In this document: in pieces, positions 8,656-16,725 of the stretch
Layout: each line of letters opens with the position of its first letter
Numbering within the stretch: the stretch's first letter is position 1
Source: Synechococcus sp. A15-28
GTDB taxonomy: Bacteria > Cyanobacteriota > Cyanobacteriia > PCC-6307 > Cyanobiaceae
Length of the DNA: 32,000 bases
Assembly: GCF_014280175.1 (NCBI RefSeq)
Contig: NZ_CP047931.1
Location: forward strand, 180,001-212,000
Direction of reading: 5' to 3'
The notes under the pieces: generated by a model
Databases searched by the model: none
What the model was told of the DNA's origin: nothing
Seen by the model: the letters and a program-made list of their open reading frames with translations, nothing else
Translations under genes and position numbers: made by a program

Positions 8656-9912
8656 GGCCGCCAACAGTTCCATCGGATGGTGGACCCGGGCTCGACCGCC
8701 CAGGTGCCGGCGCAGTTGCAGGGTGCAGCCGATGTTGGCGCTGGCCACCAGTCCGGCACCGGTGCCGCTTAGGTCATCGGCCTTGATCCGGCCCAGTTCA
8801 GCGGCCTCCTCCGGTTGCACCAGGTTGTAAATGCCGGCACTGCCGCAGCAGACCCCCACCTCGGTTGCCTCCCGTAGCTTGATGCCGGGGATGGCGCGCA
8901 GCAGCTGTCTGGGCTGGGCCTGGATCCCCTGGCCGTGAATCATGTGGCAGGCGTCATGCATGGCCACCGTCTCGGGCAGGGGTTGCAGTTGTGCTGTGAA
9001 GCCTGTGGAGAGGCCCCGGTCGGCGAGGAATTCCTGCACGTCCAGCACCGGCGCACGGAACTGAACGTCGCCGTTCAGCAGTTCGCCATAGGCCTTCATC
9101 GTGTGACCGCAGCCGGAGGCGGCCACCAGCACAGCATCCAGATCTCCTTCCACGCTGTTCATGCTGGTCACCAGATCGGAGGCCAGCTGACGGGTCAGCT
9201 CCAGTTCCCCCTGGTGATGGCTCACGGCACCACAGCAGCCCTGGTCCGGCGGAATCACCACCTCGAAGCCGTTGGCCTGCAGCACCTTCACCGTGGTCGT
9301 GCTGACGGTCGGATCAAAGCAGCGCTGTACGCAGCCCAGCAACAGGGCAACGCGGCCGCGGCGTTGCCCGCTGGCGGGATTGATCTGGAGAAGTCGGTCG
9401 TTGAAGCTCTCCGGTACCAGGGGCGGCAGCAGTTGCTCCATTGCTTCAATCTCAGGACCAAAAAGCCGGGTCAGGCCGGCTCGGCGGGCCAAGGCTTGGA
9501 GCGGTGTGCCGGCATAGGCCCGAAGCGATTGCAACAGAGCTCGCAGCCGCCTGGGGTAGGGCAGCACCTGCAGCAACAGTTGGCGGAAGCAGATCTGCCA
9601 GCTGCTGCGGTGCTGCAGCTGATTCAGCTTGGGTCGGGTTGCCTCGATCAGTTGGTCGTAGCGCACGCCGGAGGGGCAGGCCGACACGCAGGCGTAGCAG
9701 CCCAGGCAGGTGTCGAAATGGCTGGCGACGGTGGCGTCCAGCTCCAGTTCACCGGCTTCGATGGCCCGCAAAGCGTGGATGCGACCGCGCGGAGAGTCCA
9801 TCTCGCTGGCCAGCACCCGGTAGCTGGCACAGGTGGGCAGGCAGAAGCCACAGTGCACACAGGGATCTGCGGCGCCTGCTGGCAGGCCGGGGAGCTGGGA
9901 GGGAGAGACCAT
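8554..9912 (-). CDS. glcF: Glycolate dehydrogenase/oxidase iron-sulfur subunit GlcF
   Basis: Two ferredoxin-like clusters (DPCVHCGFCLPTC; CLGCYACVSACPSG), two CCG domains (GCCGAVSHHQGELE...; VCCGSAGIYNLVQPEEA), ANIGCTLQL. Confidence 0.94.
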   Translation of the reverse strand: MVSPSQLPGLPAGAADPCVHCGFCLPTCASYRVLASEMDSPRGRIHALRAIEAGELELDATVASHFDTCLGCYACVSACPSGVRYDQLIEATRPKLNQLQHRSSWQICFRQLLLQVLPYPRRLRALLQSLRAYAGTPLQALARRAGLTRLFGPEIEAMEQLLPPLVPESFNDRLLQINPASGQRRGRVALLLGCVQRCFDPTVSTTTVKVLQANGFEVVIPPDQGCCGAVSHHQGELELTRQLASDLVTSMNSVEGDLDAVLVAASGCGHTMKAYGELLNGDVQFRAPVLDVQEFLADRGLSTGFTAQLQPLPETVAMHDACHMIHGQGIQAQPRQLLRAIPGIKLREATEVGVCCGSAGIYNLVQPEEAAELGRIKADDLSGTGAGLVASANIGCTLQLRRHLGGRARVHHPMELLAASAGLHPLPGVAQGVGTAKVSGKREDRQAGMAPL

Positions 9913-9945
9913 CTCCTGAGTTTGGCGTGATAGCAGCCCTGGTGA

Positions 9946-11370
9946 TCAGAACCGTTGGATGATGGCTTCAGCGAAACCGCTGCAGCTCGCCGGATCCACC
10001 TGGGGTTCCATCAGTCGCGCCAGGTCGTAGGTGACCTGCTGGTCGGCAATAGCGGCACTCAGGCCTTTGGTCACGAGGTCAGCGGCGTCTTGCCAGCCCA
10101 GGAATTCCAGCATCATCACGCCGCTGAGGATCACCGAACCAGGGTTGATCCGATCGAGGCCGGCGTGTTTCGGGGCGGTGCCGTGGGTGGCTTCGAAGAT
10201 GGCGGCGTTCTGGCCGATGTTGGCGCCGGGGGCCATGCCCAGTCCGCCCACCATCGCGGCGGCGGCGTCGGAGATGTAATCGCCGTTGAGGTTCAACGTC
10301 GCGAGGATCGAATACTCCTGAGGGCGGGTCTGGATCTGCTGGAAAATGCTGTCGGCGATGCGGTCATCCACCAGCACCATCTCCTTCCACTTGCCGCCTC
10401 CGTGGCTGCTGCCGATGGCGTCGATGACCGCCTTCACTTCGGTATCGATGTCGGCTTTCTTCTCCGGGGTGAGGCTGTCGTAGCCGGGCTCGATCATGCG
10501 GGCGTTGGCCTGCACGCTCAGGTTGGGGTCCTTCTCGAGGTTGCCGAGGATCCAGCTTTCCCGCTCGGTGATGCACACGTCGCGGAATTCGGTGGTGGCC
10601 AGTTCATAGCCCCAGTCACGGAAGGCCCCTTCCGTGAACTTCATGATGTTGCCTTTGTGCACCAGGGTCACGTGGCGCTTGTCGCCCTGAAGACGCAGGG
10701 CGTGCTGGATCGCCTTGCGGATGTGACGCTGGCTGCCGGCCTTGCTCACCGGCTTGATGCCAATGCCGGAACCCTCGGGGATCTGACGCTTGCCCAGCTT
10801 CCCGTTGGCGGGAATCACCACCTCGTTGAGGTGCTTGCGCAGCTCCTGGCCGACGGCGTCATCGGCCTCCCATTCCACGCCCATATAAATGTCTTCGGTG
10901 TTCTCCCGGTAGACGATCACGTCCAGATCCTGGGGACGCTTGTGAGGGCTGGGGGTTCCTTCGTAGTAGCGGCAGGGACGCACACAGGAATACAGATCAA
11001 AGATCTGACGCAGGGACACGTTCAGCGAACGGATGCCGCCGCCCACCGGGGTGGTGAGGGGGCCCTTGATGGCCACGCCGTAGGTGCGGATCGCTTCGAG
11101 GGTGTCCTCGGGCAGGTACTGGTAGGTGCCGTAGAGGTCGCAGGCTTCATCGCCGGCGTAGACCTTGAACCATTCGATGCTCTTGCTGCCGCCATAGGCC
11201 TTGGCCACGGCCGCATCCAGCACCTTCTGTGTCGCCGGCCAGATGTCCACGCCGGTGCCATCGCCGCGGATGAAGGGAATGATCGGGTTGTCGGCCACCA
11301 CGGGCTGGCCGTTCTCGAAGCGGATCGGTGTGCCCTGGCTGGGGGCGGTGAGCTTCTCGAACTGGGCCAT
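9946..11370 (-). CDS. icd: NADP-dependent isocitrate dehydrogenase
   Basis: NPIIPFIRGDGTGVDIWPATQKVLDAAV, GPLTTPVGGGIRSLNVSLRQIFDLYSCVRPCRYYEG, VYRENTEDIYMGVEW, LVHKGNIMKFTEGAF, NLNGDYISDAAAAMVGGLGMAPGANIG, FEATHGTAPKHAG. Confidence 0.98.
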   Translation of the reverse strand: MAQFEKLTAPSQGTPIRFENGQPVVADNPIIPFIRGDGTGVDIWPATQKVLDAAVAKAYGGSKSIEWFKVYAGDEACDLYGTYQYLPEDTLEAIRTYGVAIKGPLTTPVGGGIRSLNVSLRQIFDLYSCVRPCRYYEGTPSPHKRPQDLDVIVYRENTEDIYMGVEWEADDAVGQELRKHLNEVVIPANGKLGKRQIPEGSGIGIKPVSKAGSQRHIRKAIQHALRLQGDKRHVTLVHKGNIMKFTEGAFRDWGYELATTEFRDVCITERESWILGNLEKDPNLSVQANARMIEPGYDSLTPEKKADIDTEVKAVIDAIGSSHGGGKWKEMVLVDDRIADSIFQQIQTRPQEYSILATLNLNGDYISDAAAAMVGGLGMAPGANIGQNAAIFEATHGTAPKHAGLDRINPGSVILSGVMMLEFLGWQDAADLVTKGLSAAIADQQVTYDLARLMEPQVDPASCSGFAEAIIQRF

Positions 11371-11450
11371 GGCGGTCGATCGGGCGTCAGCAGGGGGAGC
11401 CTATGACCGAGCCGGGAGCTCTACGGTTCATGCATCACAGCTGAGTTGGC

Positions 11451-12386
11451 ATGGGCGGCGAGCAGCTCTGGGTCGTGGCCGCTTGTCTGAACGAAGAAGC
11501 GGTGATCCTCCGTTTTGTCGAACGGGTGCTTGCCCTTCCCGAGGTGGACCGTCTTCTCCTGATCGATGACGGATCCTCTGACGGAACGGTGGCGGTGATT
11601 CGCTCCTGGCAGCAGCGCCACCCCGATCAGGGCCTGACACTGCTGGAGCTCACCCGCAATTTCGGCAAAGAAGCCGCCATGTTGGCGGGTCTTGATTTTG
11701 CCGATGGACGTTGCGGAGCAGCTGTGTTGATCGACTCCGATCTCCAACATCCCCCAGAACGCATTCCGGCGATGGTGAAGGCCTGGCGGGAGGGTGCCGA
11801 GGTGGTGACGGCGGTTCGCGATGACCGCGATGCTGAGGGATTGATGAAGGTCGCCACCGCTTCGTGGTTTTACCGGGTGTTCAACCGCCTGGTGGATTCG
11901 ATCCAGTTGCAGGAAGGTGCCGGCGACTTTCGCCTGCTCAGTGCCCCAGTGATCAAGGCCGTCACGCAAATGCGCGAGGCCACGCGTTTCTCCAAAGGGT
12001 TGATGCCTTGGACGGGCTATCGCAGTGTCGAAATCCCTTACAGCCGCGTGGCACGGATCGGAGGTGCAACCTCCTGGAGTCCGCTCAAACTCTGGCGTTA
12101 CGCCATGGATGGGATCTTTTCATTCAGCGTGAAACCTCTGAAGGTTTGGGGCGTGATCGGAATGCTGATCTCCCTGGTGAGCTTCCTGTATGCCGCATTG
12201 ATTGTGCTGCGCACGTTGATCTTCGGGGTGGATCTGCCCGGTTATGCCTCCCTGATCGTGGCGGTGCTGTTTCTTGGTGGAATTCAGCTGATTGGCATCG
12301 GTGTGCTGGGCGAATACATCGGCAGGATTTACATCGACGTCAAGCGGCGGCCCCATTACTTCATCCGTGCGGTACACGAGCCTTGA
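11451..12386 (+). CDS. Family 2 glycosyltransferase, GtrB/ArnC/DPM1-like, two C-terminal TM segments
   Basis: VVAACLNEEAVILRFVERVLAL, LLLIDDGSSDGTVAVIRSW, LTRNFGKEAAMLAGLDFADG, AVLIDSDLQHPPERIPAMV, C-terminal hydrophobic pair ending LGEYIGRIYIDVKRRPHYFI. Confidence 0.93.
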   Translation: MGGEQLWVVAACLNEEAVILRFVERVLALPEVDRLLLIDDGSSDGTVAVIRSWQQRHPDQGLTLLELTRNFGKEAAMLAGLDFADGRCGAAVLIDSDLQHPPERIPAMVKAWREGAEVVTAVRDDRDAEGLMKVATASWFYRVFNRLVDSIQLQEGAGDFRLLSAPVIKAVTQMREATRFSKGLMPWTGYRSVEIPYSRVARIGGATSWSPLKLWRYAMDGIFSFSVKPLKVWGVIGMLISLVSFLYAALIVLRTLIFGVDLPGYASLIVAVLFLGGIQLIGIGVLGEYIGRIYIDVKRRPHYFIRAVHEP

Positions 12387-13548
12387 GGGCGTTCCATTCG
12401 TGTTGTCGCCACGGTGAACTGAAAAATTCGGCTGAACGATGAAAGTGGCGCTGCATCAGTTGATTCGTGCTCACTGGGGCAGCAGGGTGAGCCAGCAGCA
12501 GGTCCCCGTCGCCTAAGGATTCTTGTGCGGCCTCCAGGGCGACACCTGCCATCTGGCCTGTGAACAAAACCCCGGCAAAGCGCCGATTGCTGGAGATGCC
12601 GGCATGCGTGAGCCTGCGTCGAGCCAGCCATGTCAGCGACTGCAGCACGAGCCACTTGAGCAATCCGCCATTGTTCAGAGCTTTGATCCACAGCGTCAGC
12701 GGCAGGCCCTGTGGCAGTGGCTCTGCTGTGGTGCGTACCCAGACGATCTCCCGTTGCTCCAGCACAACCTCCAGCACCAGCGGCAGCAGATGAACGTGCT
12801 GATGTCCATCGAGATGGATCTGGCGTTGACCGGTCAGCTGCTGAAACCGATGAATCTGGGATTGCACTGCTGTTTCGACCTGAGCCCGCAGCGCGTGCCG
12901 TTTCGCTGGTCGCAGAGAACCCAGCAGCAGGTCGCCGAAGCCTGCCGGTAGATCAGGGCAGTCCTGGGGTTGAGGCCCTTCGGTGAGGCACAGATGCAGC
13001 ACAAGTGGCTGGGTGTTGGCCAGGGATTGCCAGGCCGCGGCGGCTGATGGAGCCGTTGGACCAGCCACCAGCAGGCTGGCGCTGGTGAGACGCCCTGCTT
13101 CCGCCAGCTCGAGGATGGCGCTGTCCACCCCAGCGTCGAGGCCGAGGTCATCGGCGTGAATGGCGGGGCATCCGCTGCGTTGGCGCTGATGCAGCACCAC
13201 GCGTGCAGCACGGTTCCAGATCAGAGCGTTCAGCACAGTGGGGGTGAACACCAGCACCACAGTTGGGGCATCCAGCAGGGGCAGCAGTGAGCAGACGCTG
13301 ATGTTCACGGCGTACTGCAGCAGCAACCAGCGCCGAGGGAAGCGCCGGCCTCCGGTCTCTTCCCGGAAGGTCACCAGGGCATGACCCAGATATCCCGCCA
13401 CGGATGCGGTGAGAAAGCCGATCGGATTGGCCAGGCTGAGGGGAAGCCATGACCCGAGGCCCATCAGCACGCCAGCGTGAACGACGGCGGCGAGGAGGCC
13501 GATGGCGCCGTAGCGCACCAGTCGGTTCAAGGCCGCCGGCAGGTTCAT
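12361..13548 (-). CDS. Fusion protein: N-terminal GtrA-like membrane domain plus C-terminal YdjC/ChbG/HpnK/NaxD-family deacetylase-like domain
   Basis: N-term ~120 aa: LNRLVRYGAIGLLAAVVHAGVLM...NPIGFLTASVAGYLGHALVTF...PTVLNALIWNR (GtrA-like). C-term: IHADDLGLDAGVDSAILELAEAGRLTSASLLVAG, LVLHLCLTEG, HLDGHQHVHLLPLVLEVV, DLLLAHPAAP (YdjC-type metal and active-site motifs). One uninterrupted frame. Confidence 0.88.
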   Translation of the reverse strand: MNLPAALNRLVRYGAIGLLAAVVHAGVLMGLGSWLPLSLANPIGFLTASVAGYLGHALVTFREETGGRRFPRRWLLLQYAVNISVCSLLPLLDAPTVVLVFTPTVLNALIWNRAARVVLHQRQRSGCPAIHADDLGLDAGVDSAILELAEAGRLTSASLLVAGPTAPSAAAAWQSLANTQPLVLHLCLTEGPQPQDCPDLPAGFGDLLLGSLRPAKRHALRAQVETAVQSQIHRFQQLTGQRQIHLDGHQHVHLLPLVLEVVLEQREIVWVRTTAEPLPQGLPLTLWIKALNNGGLLKWLVLQSLTWLARRRLTHAGISSNRRFAGVLFTGQMAGVALEAAQESLGDGDLLLAHPAAPVSTNQLMQRHFHRSAEFFSSPWRQHEWNALKARVPHG

Positions 13549-14285
13549 CGTGTGGACAACCTCTTAAGCAGCGCCTCGATCAGGCTCCAGGCCTGTTGTT
13601 CGTACACCTTTACGAAGTCGGTGAAGCTCTGGGCTGCCGCTTCATCGGCTCCGTCGGAAATCACCCGCAGAACCAGCCACGGCACCTCTTCCTGCTCGGC
13701 CACCTGCGCTACGGCGCCCCCTTCCATTTCCACCGCCTGCAGATCAGGCAAGGCAGCTTTGAGCTCCTGCAGCACCGCGGCATCCCCGATGAACTGATCG
13801 CCTGTGGCGATCAACCCCGGGCGCACAGCTCCAAAGCCCTCGAGCTCGCCGGCCGCCTGGGCAGCAGCCAAGGAGCGTTTGGCCCAGTCCAGCCAAGCCG
13901 GATCGGGCTGAAGACGATCGCGCTTCAGCGGTGGCATGGTGAAGCGGGGAAACAGCGGGCTGGCATTCATGTCGTGCTGCATCACGGCATCTGCCAGCAC
14001 CACATCCCACTGCTGCAGGGAACCCTCGGCAGCGCCGGCCACACCGGTGAAGAGCAGCAGATCCAGATCGGGAGACGCTGCCAGCAGACGGGTCGCCGCC
14101 CTGGCTGCACACACTTTTCCCCAGCCACTCCAGGCCAGGGTCAATCGGACCCCTTCGCCCCAGACGCCCTGGTGCAGCGTCAGGTCTCCATGGACACTGC
14201 TGCTGAGCTGGTTGAGATGACTCAGATCCGAGCCGATTTCCTCGGGCATGGCGCCAAGCAGGCCGATGTGCAGCGGGCGTGTCAT
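13545..14285 (-). CDS. Phosphorylase superfamily nucleosidase (5'-methylthioadenosine/S-adenosylhomocysteine nucleosidase-like)
   Basis: LHIGLLGAMPEEI, LTLAWSGWGKVCAARAATRLL, LLLFTGVAGAAEGSLQQWDVVLADAVMQHDM, ATGDQFIG, AVEMEGGAVAQVAEQEEVPWLVLRVISDGAD. Track ORF extends to 14321; MTRPLHIG start at 14285 preferred. Confidence 0.88.
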   Translation of the reverse strand: MTRPLHIGLLGAMPEEIGSDLSHLNQLSSSVHGDLTLHQGVWGEGVRLTLAWSGWGKVCAARAATRLLAASPDLDLLLFTGVAGAAEGSLQQWDVVLADAVMQHDMNASPLFPRFTMPPLKRDRLQPDPAWLDWAKRSLAAAQAAGELEGFGAVRPGLIATGDQFIGDAAVLQELKAALPDLQAVEMEGGAVAQVAEQEEVPWLVLRVISDGADEAAAQSFTDFVKVYEQQAWSLIEALLKRLSTR

Positions 14286-14339
14286 GGCTTTGTGAACCTG
14301 GCGCAACCGTAACGGCGACATTAAGGACCTCCCTTCAAC

Positions 14340-14807
14340 ATGCGCTCAGGGAATGGCAGTGCTTTGAACGCAGGTGAATCCGTGCGCAGTGTCGACCAGG
14401 TCCAGGCCCTGGCTTCAGTGATCACACTGGTTCGGCAGCGGTTCCCGGCGGCCAAGGCGAATCTCAAGCCCTGGCGGGATGACCCGCAGACCCGGCAGTG
14501 GTCAGAACCGGAAAGTCTCGACCTCTCCTTTCATTTCCCTGGCTGGAGTCCACGACTGCAATGCCGCAGCCTGTTGATTCAGCTGCGGTTCTGTGCGGAG
14601 TCGGCCGAGGCTCAGCCTTCACTGTTGGGAGTGTTGATGCGGGGGATGACCTACGACGGTGAGCGCTGGCGGCTGGCCACCGTTGGGGAGTGGCTCCCTG
14701 AAGGCCCTCATCTGCCGCAGGCTGATCAGGTGATCCAGTTGCAGATGATCTGCAGGGACCTGTTCGAGTTGTTCAGTGGTTCCTCGGCTGCAGATGAGGC
14801 GGCGTAA
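14340..14807 (+). CDS. Conserved hypothetical protein (no recognised domain)
   Basis: 155-aa ORF in the space between oppositely oriented nucleosidase and ho1; amino acid composition looks coding (SLDLSFHFPGWSPRLQCRSLLIQLRF). Confidence 0.6.
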   Translation: MRSGNGSALNAGESVRSVDQVQALASVITLVRQRFPAAKANLKPWRDDPQTRQWSEPESLDLSFHFPGWSPRLQCRSLLIQLRFCAESAEAQPSLLGVLMRGMTYDGERWRLATVGEWLPEGPHLPQADQVIQLQMICRDLFELFSGSSAADEAA

Positions 14808-14882
14808 CCCTTCGCAACGGGTTGAGGCCGTTCTTCAGGAACTCCTTATAAGGTTTTTTCATTGGTTGACTGATCTCTCAGC

Positions 14883-15596
14883 ATGTCCGTCGCTCTGGCT
14901 GCCCAGCTCCGGGAAGGCACCAAGAAATCCCACACGATGGCCGAGAACACCGGCTTCGTGAGTTGCTTCCTCAAAGGCGTTGTGGACAAGGCCAGCTACC
15001 GCAAGCTGGTGGCTGATCTTTACTTCGTTTACACCGCGATGGAAGAGGAGATCGCCAAGCTGGGCGATCATCCCGTGGTCGGTCCTGTGGGGATGCAGGA
15101 GCTCAACCGTCGTGAAGCTCTGGAACAGGATCTCGCCTACTACTTCGGTGCCGGCTGGAAAGAACAAATCCAGCCGTCTCCCTCAGCTGCGGCCTATGTG
15201 GAGCGGATTCATGCCGTTGCACAGGAATCGCCTGAACTGTTGGTGGGGCATCACTACACCCGCTACCTCGGCGATCTCTCCGGCGGACAGATCCTGAAGA
15301 ACATCGCCCAGAAAGCGATGAATATGGATGGCGACGACGGTCTTCACTTCTACGTCTTCAACGACATTGCCGACGAAAAGGCTTTCAAGACCGCCTACCG
15401 CTCCACGATGGATGAGCTGCCCATCGATCAGGCCATGGCTGATCGGATTGTGGAGGAAGCCAACCATGCCTTCCACCTGAACATGAACATGTTCAAGGAA
15501 CTCGAAGGCAATCTGGTGGCTGCCATCGGCAAGGTTCTGTTCGGCTTCCTGACCCGTCGCCAGCGCGCCGGCAGTACGGAGGCTGCGGCAGCCTGA
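14883..15596 (+). CDS. ho1: Heme oxygenase (biliverdin-producing)
   Basis: LREGTKKSHTMAENTGFVSCFLKGVVDKASYRKLVADLYFVYTAMEEE, GHHYTRYLGDLSGGQILKNIAQKAM, FYVFNDI, FHLNMNMFKELE. Confidence 0.97.
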   Translation: MSVALAAQLREGTKKSHTMAENTGFVSCFLKGVVDKASYRKLVADLYFVYTAMEEEIAKLGDHPVVGPVGMQELNRREALEQDLAYYFGAGWKEQIQPSPSAAAYVERIHAVAQESPELLVGHHYTRYLGDLSGGQILKNIAQKAMNMDGDDGLHFYVFNDIADEKAFKTAYRSTMDELPIDQAMADRIVEEANHAFHLNMNMFKELEGNLVAAIGKVLFGFLTRRQRAGSTEAAAA

Positions 15597-15600
15597 TTCC

Positions 15601-16638
15601 GTGCCCACCACGCTCATCCGCCTCCTGGTGCCGGGCACCAGCCAACGCTTCCGCTGTGGTGGTTTGAGTGTGGAGCTGCAAACGGCTCGGCTGCTGTCGA
15701 GCCTTTGTTCAGTGGAGGTAGTGACCCACCGCGAGCGGCATCAAGACCATCCATTTCTGCAGGATCTGCTCCGCGAGGAGCCCCCTCGGCAGGACATCCT
15801 CTGGATTGTCAGCTGGGGGTTTGACGTGCCGGCACTTGTGCAGCGTTTGCGCGGCCATCGCATTGCTTATCACGCCCATAGCAGTGGCTACGGCTTCACA
15901 CTTCCGCCTGGTGTGCCTGTGCTGGCGGTGAGTCGCAACACCCTTGGGTACTGGGGGGATCGTTGCCCCCGCAATCCATTGCTGCTGGTGCCCAATGCCA
16001 TCGAGCCCTGTTGGTTGGATCGAGGCTGCAGAGGCAGCGCCGAGCGCCGCCCCATCGACGTCCTCGTTCAAGCTCGCAAGAGCAGTCGTTATGTGCTGGA
16101 TCAGCTGGTGCCCGCCCTGCGGCAGCGGAGTCTCCGGGTGGAGGTGCAAAGCGGCTGGGTTGATGATCTCGTCGATCTGTTCAACCGCTCCAGCGTTTAC
16201 CTCTACGACTCAGCGGAGTACTGGCGTGGTCGCGGTGTGACGGAGGGATTTGGTCTGCCGCCGCTTGAGGCCATGGCCTGCGGTTGCGTGGTGTTCAGCA
16301 GCCTGAATCATGCGCTGGCCGATCACGGTGACCCGGGTCGGATGGTCCATCAGATCGGGTGTGGGCGCTTGGCCTTTGACGTGCGTCGGGTCGAGAATGC
16401 CGTCCGTGATCCAGCTGCGTGGAGACCACCAGCTGCTGCACTGAATGCATTGCTGGACGGAAGCTCAGAGGCGTCTCTTCTGCAGCGCTGGAAGCTGGCA
16501 TTGAATCAGTTGGATGCCCTGAATGACGCCGAAGGTCCCCTGCTCAGCAGCCCACCCACCTGGCAACTGAAGCTGCATCAACGCGTGGCAAGGCTGCGTC
16601 GAGTGGTCGATCGGTTGCCCGGCTGGCCGAAGGGATAA
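15601..16638 (+). CDS. Glycosyltransferase (GT4-like)
   Basis: GTG start; GGLSVELQTARLLSSL, LLVPNAIEPCWLDRG, DSAEYWRGRGVTEGFGLPPLEAMACGCVVFSS. Confidence 0.82.
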   Translation: MPTTLIRLLVPGTSQRFRCGGLSVELQTARLLSSLCSVEVVTHRERHQDHPFLQDLLREEPPRQDILWIVSWGFDVPALVQRLRGHRIAYHAHSSGYGFTLPPGVPVLAVSRNTLGYWGDRCPRNPLLLVPNAIEPCWLDRGCRGSAERRPIDVLVQARKSSRYVLDQLVPALRQRSLRVEVQSGWVDDLVDLFNRSSVYLYDSAEYWRGRGVTEGFGLPPLEAMACGCVVFSSLNHALADHGDPGRMVHQIGCGRLAFDVRRVENAVRDPAAWRPPAAALNALLDGSSEASLLQRWKLALNQLDALNDAEGPLLSSPPTWQLKLHQRVARLRRVVDRLPGWPKG

Positions 16639-16725
16639 AACCATCACCCGCCCCCCCGACTTATGTTTATTTAAATACTGTCGGAACTTGATTCGGATGA
16701 AAGTTCTGGCCATTGAGAGACGTTG
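16639..16725 (+). promoter_or_regulatory. AT-rich intergenic segment, candidate promoter for the exporter/GT operon
   Basis: Largest gap in the 15.6-25.2 kb run; contains CTTATGTTTATTTAAATACTG, including the 10-bp palindrome TATTTAAATA (16668-16677), in otherwise GC-rich DNA. Confidence 0.35.

Noticed and set aside
9955-11406. 483-aa + strand ORF
   Set aside because: It lies almost exactly antisense to icd, whose protein is unmistakable; the + strand translation is a typical GC-rich mirror ORF with no family motifs.
14844-14859. CCTTATAAGG palindrome followed by a T run upstream of ho1, considered as a terminator
   Set aside because: The arms leave no loop, so it cannot form a terminator hairpin; it may instead be part of a -10-like region, but a single unsupported site is not enough to call.
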